Origin: Nitratidesulfovibrio vulgaris str. Hildenborough
GTDB taxonomy: Bacteria; Desulfobacterota; Desulfovibrionia; Desulfovibrionales; Desulfovibrionaceae
Direction: 5' to 3'
NCBI RefSeq assembly: GCF_000195755.1
Contig: NC_002937.3
Coordinates: 300,001 to 332,000 of the forward strand
DNA length: 32,000 nucleotides
Shown here: positions 1 through 8,427 of the stretch, one piece after another
Position numbering within the stretch: position 1 is the stretch's first letter
Layout: each line of letters opens with the position of its first letter
Position numbers and translations under genes: made by a program
The notes under the pieces: generated by a model
Databases searched by the model: none
What the model was told of the DNA's origin: nothing
Seen by the model: only the letters and a program-made list of their open reading frames with translations

Positions 1-31
1 AGGGGCGGTGACCATATCGGTCGCCGCCCCT
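1..31 (+). terminator. GC-rich stem-loop at the window edge, possibly the intrinsic terminator of an off-window upstream gene
   Basis: aggggcggtgacc / atatc / ggtcgccgcccct forms a 13-bp stem with one G-U pair. It is followed by ttcgtgcgttct. It may be truncated by the window edge. Confidence 0.35.
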
Positions 32-41
32 TCGTGCGTTC

Positions 42-57
42 TGGCACCAGCCGTGCC
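42..57 (+). promoter_or_regulatory. Candidate sigma-54 (-24/-12) promoter
   Basis: tGGCACcagccgtGCc. The -24 element TGGCAC is perfect, the GG-N10-GC spacing is canonical, and the -12 element is GTGC versus consensus TTGC. It sits just after the hairpin at 1..31 and heads about 760 nt without a credible ORF. Confidence 0.3.
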
Positions 58-821
58 GCCTTGCGAAGCCCACCCCTCTGGGCCGCATGACGTCCCTCCT
101 CGAGGCCCCCCATTGGAGCGTATCAAGCCCTCTGACCCCTTCGCCGACATCCGCTCGGAGCATCCCTCCTTGCCGCAGGATAGGCCCCTGCCTGGGCTCT
201 CCCTCGGATGCCCTCTTTCTGCTGTGCCAAGCTTGCATAGCCTTGTTGGAAAGGCTCGCTCTTTGGCGTCTCTATTCAGCTTGATGAGCTGCTTTCCGAC
301 TGGAGGATGAGGGTGCAGTGACCTTCCCCGCCAAGAGTCCAGGGATACGTACGTAATAGGGGCTTCAGTATCTTGACCTTGCCCTGCGCTGCTTGCCGTG
401 TGGGTGTTGTCTGTCCGTTGGTGTCGTCTCAACGTAACCCGCTGTCAGGATACACCCACAGTGGGGTAGCCCCGTGGCCGCCCCAACAAGGCACAGAGAT
501 GTGTCGAGAACTCTTCTGTTCACTTGTGGCTGCATCTGCGGGAGTTCAAGGCAGGTCTTTGCCTAGGCGTGGCTTGTCGCCATCATATTGGCGAGGACGC
601 CTGCGGAATGCATGGCAAGTTTCCTACTGGAGAAACGCTTGGCGCAGGCTTGATGGGTGTCGATGCGTTGTCCACGAATGGGCCTCTGGTGCACGTGTGA
701 GGTTCGTTTTATAGGCATCATACAGGTTCGCTCAGGCTGCGGTTGGCGCCCTCTGTTGTTTGGTGGCATGAGCGCACCTACCATCGCCCATTACCTTCAA
801 TCACATCGTCGGAGTATGTGT

Positions 822-1286
822 ATGCAATCGATTCCGTGCAAGGTCGTACCTCTCACGCAAGGGCACTATAGCGCCGTCGAGGCTGTCTGGGAGGCGTCGG
901 TACGCTCGACGCACGCATTCTTGAGAGAGGACGACCTGTTGACCATCAGGGCTAGACTGGTTTCGGACTTCCTTCCGGCGGTGACGCTGTACGGCGTATT
1001 CATGGAGGGCTCTTTGGCTGGTTTTGCGGGGACCGCCAGCCGCAAGCTGGAGATGTTATTCATCGCCCCATACTGGCAGGGGCGCGGTCTAGGCAGGAGG
1101 CTTGTAGAATCTGCCATACGCCATGAGGGAGTCGCCTTCGTCGATGTCAACGAACAGAATCCACGGGCACTGGCGTTCTACAGGCATATGGGGTTCGAGG
1201 TGGTGGGCCGGTCTGAGCGCGATGGTATGGGGATGCCATACCCGCTTCTGCACATGATGCTTCGCCATGAGCATGACCAGAAGTGA
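822..1286 (+). CDS. GNAT-family N-acetyltransferase
   Basis: C-terminal part of track ORF 657..1286. It has an acetyl-CoA binding motif WQGRGLGRRL and the typical FYRHMGF segment. The ATG at 822 is preceded by GGAG at 811-814. The upstream part of the ORF looks non-coding. Confidence 0.8.
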   Translation: MQSIPCKVVPLTQGHYSAVEAVWEASVRSTHAFLREDDLLTIRARLVSDFLPAVTLYGVFMEGSLAGFAGTASRKLEMLFIAPYWQGRGLGRRLVESAIRHEGVAFVDVNEQNPRALAFYRHMGFEVVGRSERDGMGMPYPLLHMMLRHEHDQK

Positions 1287-1446
1287 CATGGCGTTGTTGC
1301 GTGCCTAGCTGCGCGGGGCTGAGGTGACGGGTACGGGGGGGCGTGCTACGGATGCCTCCGGTGCGGAGTGCACGCAGCCGCAAGCCGCACGATGCTTCGC
1401 GGGCAATGGCAACATGGACACGCCCCTAGGGCGATATGCCAGCGGG

Positions 1447-3420
1447 TCAGTTGTCGTCCGCCTCGTCACCCTCGGGTTGTCCGTTCTGAGGGGCTGGGCA
1501 GCGCGCGACATCCGGCAGGCGTCGTGGCAACGATACGGTGAATGTCGTACCGTGCCCGGGCTCAGAAGCCACGGCGATATGCCCGCCATGCTGCTGCACG
1601 ACCTGATTGGCCACGAACAGGCCAATGCCCGTGCCAGCGGACCCCTTGGACGAGAAGAACAGGGTGAAGAGCTTCTCGCGGGTTTCACGGTCCATGCCGA
1701 CGCCGTCGTCACGTACCGAGAATTCAACATGGTTGGCGTCTCCACCCACGGAGAAGGTCACCGAGTGTTCCGGTCGGGAACGTTCGGCGGCACACGCTTC
1801 AACGGCGTTCTCAAGCAGGTTGACAAGGGCTGCCGAAAGGGCTCCCGCGTCTGCCTCGAACGTGCCCGATTCCGCTGCTATCTCAAGCTGGAAACCCACG
1901 CCACGGTTGACGGCCTTGCCCTCTATGAGTTCGGCTGTCTCGGTGGCGAAGCGCTCTGCCACCACCACTTCCCAGTTGAGGTCGCGCTTCTTGGCGTAGT
2001 AGAGGATGTCGAGCACCATCTTGCGAAGGCGACCGGTCAGGTGACGGATGTCCTCGAAACTGTCACGGACTCGCGCCTCGTCGTTCCTGTCCAGCCCGCT
2101 GCCAAGGCGGTACACGCCGCCGTCCAGTGCGGTGAGCAGCCCCTTGATACCGTGGGCCGTGGAACCAAGCAGCAGCCCTAGCTGTGAAAGCCTGTCCTGC
2201 AACTGGCGGACTTGCGTGATGTCGGTGGACATCTCCATCACTTCGGTGATGTTGCCCGCAGCGTCGCGCAGGGGTGAGGTCCAGACCAGCACGTTGGCCT
2301 GTCTGCCGTCGCCTGTGGTGACGACCGTCTCGTACTGGTGGGGTTTGCCGTCGTCGAAACTGCGTTCGACGGGGCAGCCCTGACATGCGGCGAGACGGTG
2401 GGCGAAGATGTCATGGCAGTGGCGCGCGGCGGGTTCGCCGAAGTCATGGTGGAAGCGTCGATTGGCATCCACGACCTTGAGTGAACGGTCGATGACGGCG
2501 ATGTAGCAGGGGGCCTCGTCGAAAAGCTGCCGATAGCGCTCGCGGGTGATGCGCAATTCGTCCTGCAACCTGCGCACTTTGGAGACGTCCACGGAAATCT
2601 CGAGCACCATCTCGATTTCGCCGTCGTTGTCGAGAATGGGTGCCGTATGCACGATGACGGGAATCTCCTGCCCGTGCTTGTCGATGAGTATCTCGTTGCT
2701 GCGCTGCCCTTCGCCCGTCTCGATGACCTTCCAGACCGGACAGCCGTTGCCGCTGCCTTCGCGCCCCTTGTAGACCTCCCAGCTGGGTTGTCCCACCTTG
2801 TGTCCGAGGCGTTCCTTGTAGAGGTCGTTGGTAGCCACGATTTCCAGATAGCGGCTGTGCATGGAGACGAAGCAAGGAAGCTCGTTGAAGATGCCCGCCT
2901 GGTCGAGCATCCGCGAGAGGGTCTGCACACCGGAGGCGATGCCGTCCATGACCTGCAAGGCGGCGAGTTGCCTCTCGGCAGCCACGAGACGGGCAGACTG
3001 CTTGGCGACCATGTCCTCGAGATTCTCGGTGTATTCGCGCAGGCGTCGGCGCATGGTGATGCGCTCTCGGGCACGTCCGAGTGCGATGTCGAGTACGTCG
3101 TCGTTGATGGGCTTGGTGATGAAGTCGGTGGCGTCGCGCTTGAGACTCTGGATGGCGAGTTCCATGTCGCCATGCCCGGTGAGCATGATGACTTCGACCT
3201 CGCTGTCGCGTGACTTGATGCTCTCAAGCAGTTCAAGTCCGGACATGCCCGGCATCTTGATGTCGGTGAGGACGATATCGGGTCTTTCTTCGGCGAAGCG
3301 GCGCATTGCCTCTTCGCCGTCGGCGGCAGTGGTGACGCGGTAGCCGGCGTCGGCAAGCGTTATGCCGAGCACCTTGCGGATGCCTTCTTCGTCATCCACC
3401 AGCAGAATGGACTCGCTCAT
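1447..3420 (-). CDS. Hybrid sensor histidine kinase: N-terminal receiver, two PAS domains, HisKA, HATPase_c
   Basis: Track ORF 1447..3492 trimmed to MSESILLVDDEEG, with an ATG at 3420 preceded by GGAGG. Receiver signatures are DD, TDIKMPG and KP. The H-box is STAHGIKG, the N-box NLLENAVEA, and the G-boxes DDGVGM and GTGIGL. There is no TM segment. Confidence 0.9.
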   Translation of the reverse strand: MSESILLVDDEEGIRKVLGITLADAGYRVTTAADGEEAMRRFAEERPDIVLTDIKMPGMSGLELLESIKSRDSEVEVIMLTGHGDMELAIQSLKRDATDFITKPINDDVLDIALGRARERITMRRRLREYTENLEDMVAKQSARLVAAERQLAALQVMDGIASGVQTLSRMLDQAGIFNELPCFVSMHSRYLEIVATNDLYKERLGHKVGQPSWEVYKGREGSGNGCPVWKVIETGEGQRSNEILIDKHGQEIPVIVHTAPILDNDGEIEMVLEISVDVSKVRRLQDELRITRERYRQLFDEAPCYIAVIDRSLKVVDANRRFHHDFGEPAARHCHDIFAHRLAACQGCPVERSFDDGKPHQYETVVTTGDGRQANVLVWTSPLRDAAGNITEVMEMSTDITQVRQLQDRLSQLGLLLGSTAHGIKGLLTALDGGVYRLGSGLDRNDEARVRDSFEDIRHLTGRLRKMVLDILYYAKKRDLNWEVVVAERFATETAELIEGKAVNRGVGFQLEIAAESGTFEADAGALSAALVNLLENAVEACAAERSRPEHSVTFSVGGDANHVEFSVRDDGVGMDRETREKLFTLFFSSKGSAGTGIGLFVANQVVQQHGGHIAVASEPGHGTTFTVSLPRRLPDVARCPAPQNGQPEGDEADDN

Positions 3421-3680
3421 GCCTGCCTCCGGTTCGCGGTGCTGCGTGGGGCTATGCGGCGTGATGGTCGCACGGGTCGGGCATGATGGCAAGCCCCCAG
3501 GGACGGATGTGTCTTACCATGACGGGGGGTTGCGTGGCATGGGCGACCACATGCGCCGTAGGGGGACAGCGGAACGCCATGCGATGGACGGGTGGACCAG
3601 GTCCGGGTACGGCTGCACCGCCGCCCGCAACGTGTGGGCTGGTGCGGCAGGAGGTGCGGGGGCGCAGCCGTACCGACCGG

Positions 3681-4070
3681 CTAGTGTTCCCCTTCGGCGG
3701 AACGGATGCCCTCGGGGTTTTCAAGTGTCTGCCTGATGATCTCGAGCAGCTTGTTGGGGTCGAAGGGCTTCTTGAGCGATGCCACGGCATTGCGTATGGC
3801 GAGATGGATGCCCGAAAGACCGCTGATGACGATGACCGGGACGTTACGGAACTCGTCTTCGCGGGTCATCTTGCGGTAGAACCTCGGCCCCCATTCGTTG
3901 GGCATTTCGAGGTCGAGGGTGACGAGGTCGGGCTTTTCGCGTCGCAATACGTCGAGCGCTTCCGACCCGTCCGAAGCGGAACAGGTGGCGTAGCCGTTGT
4001 CGCTCAGTATGTCGACCATGTACTTGACGATGTACGGGTCGTCGTCAACGACCAGAATCTTGTACGCCAT
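3681..4070 (-). CDS. Single-domain CheY-like response regulator (receiver only)
   Basis: MAYKILVVDDD..TLDLEMP..VISG..LKKPF. The ATG at 4070 follows AAGGAG. There is no output domain. Confidence 0.85.
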   Translation of the reverse strand: MAYKILVVDDDPYIVKYMVDILSDNGYATCSASDGSEALDVLRREKPDLVTLDLEMPNEWGPRFYRKMTREDEFRNVPVIVISGLSGIHLAIRNAVASLKKPFDPNKLLEIIRQTLENPEGIRSAEGEH

Positions 4071-4087
4071 GTGCGTTCTCCTTGGTC

Positions 4088-4489
4088 TTACCCGCAGGAT
4101 GCGGTGCATCCTGTCAGGCGCTCCGCCAGTGCCAGTATTTCGTCGGGGCGTGGCGGTTTTTCCACATAGGCTTCAGGGGGCGGCAGCGTGCCCGCCGCGG
4201 CATCGTACAGTTCGAGGGCGTGTGCGAAGGTGCTGCCCTTCACGCCGGAGAGCATGATGACCGGCGTCGCGGCGAGGTCGGCATCGTTGCGGAGTGCGCG
4301 GTACATGACCAGCCCTCCGCCCCCCGGCATCATCACATCAAGCACGACGAGATGCGGTCGTATCTCTCGCGCCCTTGCCAGTCCTTCCTGCCCGTTGCGG
4401 GCGACCACGGCCTCGTGGCCGCCCGTTTCGAACAGGGTGCGCAGGAAGAGCCTCATGCCCATCTCGTCGTCGACGATGAGAACCCGCAT
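4088..4489 (-). CDS. Single-domain CheY-like response regulator (receiver only)
   Basis: MRVLIVDDE..VVLDVMMPG..MLSG..VEKPP. The ATG at 4489 is preceded by a G7 run (C7 at 4494-4500 on the + strand). There is no output domain. Confidence 0.85.
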   Translation of the reverse strand: MRVLIVDDEMGMRLFLRTLFETGGHEAVVARNGQEGLARAREIRPHLVVLDVMMPGGGGLVMYRALRNDADLAATPVIMLSGVKGSTFAHALELYDAAAGTLPPPEAYVEKPPRPDEILALAERLTGCTASCG

Positions 4490-4508
4490 GGCGCCCCCCC
4501 GCGACCGT

Positions 4509-5435
4509 CTAGACGACGGCCTTTTCGGGCTTGCTGACACTGGCCACGGGGCATGCCGAACGCAGGACGACCTGCTCGACGGTGCTGCCTATCTCGGCCT
4601 CTTCAACTTCGCCCTCCTTGGTGTGGTGGGCCATCACGATGAGGTCGGCCTGCCGTGCCCGTGCGTACTTGAGTATTTCGACGTAGGGAGTGCCCTCCCA
4701 GATGTCGACCTGATAGTTCTCGAAGTCGCCCATCTTCGAGACGTAGCGCTCTTGCATGAGTGCCTGTGCCTTTTCGATGCGCCTTTCGATTTCGACCTGT
4801 CCTGCGAAGACGCCCATGGGGTTGGCAGCAAGGTCGCAGGCGTGGAAGAGATAGAGCTTTGCCCCTATCTGGGAGGCCGTCTTGAGGGCGAAGTTGAACG
4901 CCGAGTCGGCCGCCTTGGAGAAGTCGGTGCTGAAGACGATGTTCGAGAACAGGTTCCAGCAGGTGGTGCAGGGCCTGTTGACGATGAGGACAGGACAGCG
5001 GGCTGAACGGGCGACACGCTGCATGGTGTTGCCGATGACGCTGCGCACTCGCGATGCGCCGGGGTCTTCTTCCCGCGTGTTGGCACCCATGACGATGAGG
5101 TCTGCCCCTTCCTGACGCGCGAAGCGCAGTATCTCGGTGTGCGGCACACCCGCCACCACCTGCATGACCACGTCGGGGGAACCGTAGGTTTCAAGCTGGT
5201 ACGAATAGGTCTGCTTCATTTCCTCGAGCACCCAGTCGCGGTAGTCCGCGTCGTGGTGCTCTTCTTCACCGGTGCGCAGGTCGCGGACGACCTGACTGAA
5301 CCCGCGGGAGGGCACACCGAGAACATGGAAGACGTAGAGGCGCGCCTTGTTGCGTCGCGCAAGGTCGAAGGCCACCTTGGCGGCATTGTCGCACGCTGGA
5401 GAGGCCGACGTCGCGAATATGATCTTCTTGAACAT
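4509..5435 (-). CDS. Universal stress protein with two tandem UspA domains
   Basis: 308 aa. Both halves carry USP-like blocks: KIIFATSAS...LYVFHV...DLIVMGANTRE and NIVFSTDFS...LYLFHA...DLIVMAHHTKEG. Confidence 0.9.
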   Translation of the reverse strand: MFKKIIFATSASPACDNAAKVAFDLARRNKARLYVFHVLGVPSRGFSQVVRDLRTGEEEHHDADYRDWVLEEMKQTYSYQLETYGSPDVVMQVVAGVPHTEILRFARQEGADLIVMGANTREEDPGASRVRSVIGNTMQRVARSARCPVLIVNRPCTTCWNLFSNIVFSTDFSKAADSAFNFALKTASQIGAKLYLFHACDLAANPMGVFAGQVEIERRIEKAQALMQERYVSKMGDFENYQVDIWEGTPYVEILKYARARQADLIVMAHHTKEGEVEEAEIGSTVEQVVLRSACPVASVSKPEKAVV

Positions 5436-5438
5436 GAG

Positions 5439-5993
5439 TTACCTCCCTAGGCTGCATTGTCCCGAACCACCCTGAAAGCCGAGCTCCCAGGCTATCCCCT
5501 CGATGATGTCGAACAGTCGGAAGGTCGTGTCGCACTCGAGCACCCGGGCCGCTTCACCGAAGAGCACATGCCGTGCCCTACCGAGATGCAGGGGCATGTC
5601 GAGCAGACAGCCCAGCGGCACGAAGCGAATCTCGTGTTCGCTACGCGCCGGAGAGCCAGCCTCCCCGGTGATGCCGCGCAGGGTGTGATACACCTCCACC
5701 CGTGCGGCGTCGGGAAAGCCGACCAGTTCCACAGTCCGCCCCAGTTCGAGTCGCTCGAACGACTCGGTGAGGCATCCCTGACCAGCGCATTCCTCCACCT
5801 CGCGCAGTGCGTGGGGCAGGAACGGGCTCATGCGGACGAGCGATGGATGGACGCCAAGCAGGGCGAAGTAGCCGCGCAGCGAGTACCCCTCGTCGAGGGT
5901 CACGTTGCGCGCAAGGCATGCCAGCGGGTCGGCGACGGTTGTGCCGTCCATTTCCCGCAGGATGCCGTCGTTGCCCAGCCTGATGTCGTCCAT
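5439..5993 (-). CDS. Hypothetical protein with no recognisable motif
   Basis: 184-aa ORF packed 21 nt after tmcA and 3 nt before the USP gene on the same strand. Codon usage is typical of neighbouring genes. I recognise no family signature. Confidence 0.7.
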   Translation of the reverse strand: MDDIRLGNDGILREMDGTTVADPLACLARNVTLDEGYSLRGYFALLGVHPSLVRMSPFLPHALREVEECAGQGCLTESFERLELGRTVELVGFPDAARVEVYHTLRGITGEAGSPARSEHEIRFVPLGCLLDMPLHLGRARHVLFGEAARVLECDTTFRLFDIIEGIAWELGFQGGSGQCSLGR

Positions 5994-6014
5994 TCAGTCC
6001 GTCCTTCCGGGTTT

Positions 6015-6395
6015 CTAGTCGCGTACGTGGCAGCCACCACAGCTGGTGGGGCCCTTGCCGGACGTCTTGTGGCAGTTCATGCACTGCCGGTGATAGGCGT
6101 TGACCAGATGGGTGCCCTTGGTAGCCGCCTTCGCGTGGCAGTCGGCGCAAGGGGTGCCTTCGCTGGAACCTTCAGGAACTATCTTGCCATCTTTTGCGTC
6201 GTGATGACAGACGGCACAGTTCTCAAGCTTCGCTTTTTCGTTGTGTGCGTCGTGGTCGAACACGGCGGCGGGGCGCTGTTGCGGCTTGAGGGCCTCGGGT
6301 TCGAGGCGCGGCGTATCGGTGCGGGCGAAGGCCACCGCCAGCAGCAGGGCGAGGGTGGCGAAGGCCAGCATGACGGTGCCGATGCGTCGGAACAT
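6015..6395 (-). CDS. tmcA: Tetrahaem type II cytochrome c3, the periplasmic subunit of the Tmc complex
   Basis: Track ORF 6015..6524 trimmed to MFRRIGTVMLAFATLALLLAVAFA (signal peptide), with an ATG at 6395 after AAGGAG. It has four CXXCH motifs: CAVCH, CADCH, CMNCH and CGGCH. Confidence 0.9.
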   Translation of the reverse strand: MFRRIGTVMLAFATLALLLAVAFARTDTPRLEPEALKPQQRPAAVFDHDAHNEKAKLENCAVCHHDAKDGKIVPEGSSEGTPCADCHAKAATKGTHLVNAYHRQCMNCHKTSGKGPTSCGGCHVRD

Positions 6396-6420
6396 GGCGT
6401 TCTCCTTCGTGGGCCGGGCG

Positions 6421-7740
6421 CTAGACCGCACCGGGCTTCTCCATGCAGTCGTAGATGATGTCGCCGAGGAACTTGGTGTGCATCCCCAGTTTGTAATGGT
6501 GGATGATGTCCTCCAGGCCGCCATGGCAGTTGTGGCAGGGGGCGATGACGGTCTTCACTCCCGTGGCTTTGAGTTGCTCGGCCTTGATGCGGTTGCCCTC
6601 CACGCGCACGCCCTTGAATGGCGGGCCGCAGTTGATGACGCCGCCACCGGCACAGCAGCAGAAGTTGTGCTCGCGGTTGGGTGTCATCTCCACCACATTG
6701 GGGCAGAGGGCGTGGACGACCTCGCGCAGCTTGTCCATGAGCCCGCGCCCGCGCACGATGTTGCACGGGTCGTGGATGGTCACGGGTTCTTCGAACCGCT
6801 TGGCGAGCTTGATCTTGCCCTGATCGAACAACTCCCAGAAGAACTCCACAGAGTGCACCACCGGTACCGGATGCATCTTCCAGCCAAGCCAGCGGTTGCC
6901 CACGTCGTAGATGGAACGGAAGGCGTGGCCGCATTCGCCCATGACGATGCGCTTCACCCGCAGGCGCTGTGCAAGTTCGAAATGGGCGCGCTTGATGCGG
7001 CCCATGACTTCGCTGTCGCCGCTGAACATGGCCATGTCCGAGTTGTCCCATCCCGGCGTGGCGGGCATGGTCCAGCTTACGCCTGCCTGGTCCATGATGA
7101 CGGCGGCCTGGTAGATGAGTTGCGTACGGAACTTCGGTTCCGGGGCGATGACGGAATAGAGGATGTCTGCGCCTTCCACCTCGAGGGGGATGCGCATGGT
7201 CGGAATCTCGCTTCGCGCTTCATCTTCCTGCCAGATGAGGCTGTCGACCCATTCGTCTTCCTTCACCCACATCTGGTTGAAGGTGGCTGCGTGGCTGTGG
7301 GCGGTGTCCTGCATGTAGCGGGGGGTGACCCCCAGCCTGTGGCAGATGCGCCTGACGAGGCTGATGACGTAGCCCGTGTCGATGCCGATGGGACAGTAGT
7401 GGATGCAACGTCTGCACAGGTTGCATTCGGTGTACGCTATCTGCGCCATGTCGTAGATGACGTCGGGAGATACCCGCCCGCCTTCGCGCAGCAGCCGCCA
7501 CATGGTCTGTTCCATCTTGCCCACGGGTGAGTAGTCGGGTTCGCCGTCGTGCGAGATGCAGTAGTGACATGCCTTGGCGCACAGGCCGCAGCGCATGCAG
7601 GTTTCGTAGTAGACCTTGAGCCGCGCCCCGGCTTCGCCTTCGGTGACGGCCTTCACGACCTTCTCGATGCGTTCCGGAGTGAGTGCTGCGATGCCGCGCA
7701 TGAGCCCGGCGTCTTCGATTCTGCGTTCAGTGATGCCCAT
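6421..7740 (-). CDS. tmcB: HdrD/DsrK-like cytoplasmic iron-sulfur protein with two 4Fe-4S motifs and CCG domains
   Basis: CMRCGLCAKAC and CNLCRRCIHYCP are ferredoxin-type motifs. FCCCAGGG...CHNCHGG is a CCG-type cysteine cluster. Confidence 0.9.
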   Translation of the reverse strand: MGITERRIEDAGLMRGIAALTPERIEKVVKAVTEGEAGARLKVYYETCMRCGLCAKACHYCISHDGEPDYSPVGKMEQTMWRLLREGGRVSPDVIYDMAQIAYTECNLCRRCIHYCPIGIDTGYVISLVRRICHRLGVTPRYMQDTAHSHAATFNQMWVKEDEWVDSLIWQEDEARSEIPTMRIPLEVEGADILYSVIAPEPKFRTQLIYQAAVIMDQAGVSWTMPATPGWDNSDMAMFSGDSEVMGRIKRAHFELAQRLRVKRIVMGECGHAFRSIYDVGNRWLGWKMHPVPVVHSVEFFWELFDQGKIKLAKRFEEPVTIHDPCNIVRGRGLMDKLREVVHALCPNVVEMTPNREHNFCCCAGGGVINCGPPFKGVRVEGNRIKAEQLKATGVKTVIAPCHNCHGGLEDIIHHYKLGMHTKFLGDIIYDCMEKPGAV

Positions 7741-7759
7741 TGCTTGTCTCCCTACCCCG

Positions 7760-8419
7760 TTACCAGTCCTTGCAGTGGCGCACCGCGCCGAATTCCGAGC
7801 CTATGTACGCGCGGGTGAACACCGAGAAGACCGCGTGGCTGAGTCGTGTGAAGGGCAATGCCACCAGCATGGCTTCGCCCGAGAGAACATGCAGAGTGGC
7901 GAACACGAGATTCTGCGTCATCACGTACTTGGCCAGAATGCCCGTGAGCAGGGGAACCGCCGCAAGGCCCAGCACCAGCCAGTCCATGGGGCGCGTCACG
8001 AAGCTCACCGTGGGGTCCGAGAGGCGCCGCCAGGCGAAGAAGCCGCAGGCCGCCAGCGCCACTATGGTCAGGATGTCGGCAACGGCTTCGGGCAGGGCCC
8101 AGACGCCCACGCCGAAGGCGTAGTCCCACATGGTGGCATGCCCCGGCGCGAAAAGCGCCAGCAGTACGATGCTGATGTGGAAGGCGAAGGTGGCGACGGT
8201 CATGGCGGGGTTCTCGCGCCAGCCGAGCGTGGCGAAGGGGGTGACCCAGTGCATTATGGAGTTCAGCGAGTGCTTCGACTCCATATAGGCAACGGCCACC
8301 ATGTCCTTGCGTCGGGCCAGCGCGCCCATGGTCGAAAGACGCCACGCGCAGCCGCCCAGAAAGACGGCAAAGGCGATCCATGCCCCTGGGCCGATGAGAA
8401 GGTTGTAGAATGCCTGCAT
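7760..8419 (-). CDS. tmcC: Integral membrane NarI/HdrE-like b-type cytochrome subunit
   Basis: Track ORF 7760..8485 trimmed to MQAFYNLLIGPGAWIAF (ATG at 8419). It has several hydrophobic helices with conserved His residues. The gap to the tmcD stop is 8 nt. Confidence 0.85.
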   Translation of the reverse strand: MQAFYNLLIGPGAWIAFAVFLGGCAWRLSTMGALARRKDMVAVAYMESKHSLNSIMHWVTPFATLGWRENPAMTVATFAFHISIVLLALFAPGHATMWDYAFGVGVWALPEAVADILTIVALAACGFFAWRRLSDPTVSFVTRPMDWLVLGLAAVPLLTGILAKYVMTQNLVFATLHVLSGEAMLVALPFTRLSHAVFSVFTRAYIGSEFGAVRHCKDW

Positions 8420-8427
8420 GTTGCCCC

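Noticed and set aside
8-714. Track ORFs 8..310, 87..284 and 373..714 at the left end
   Set aside because: The translations are Pro/Ser/Arg/Cys-rich with no motif, no SD and mutual overlaps. I treat the region as non-coding and discuss it in the findings.
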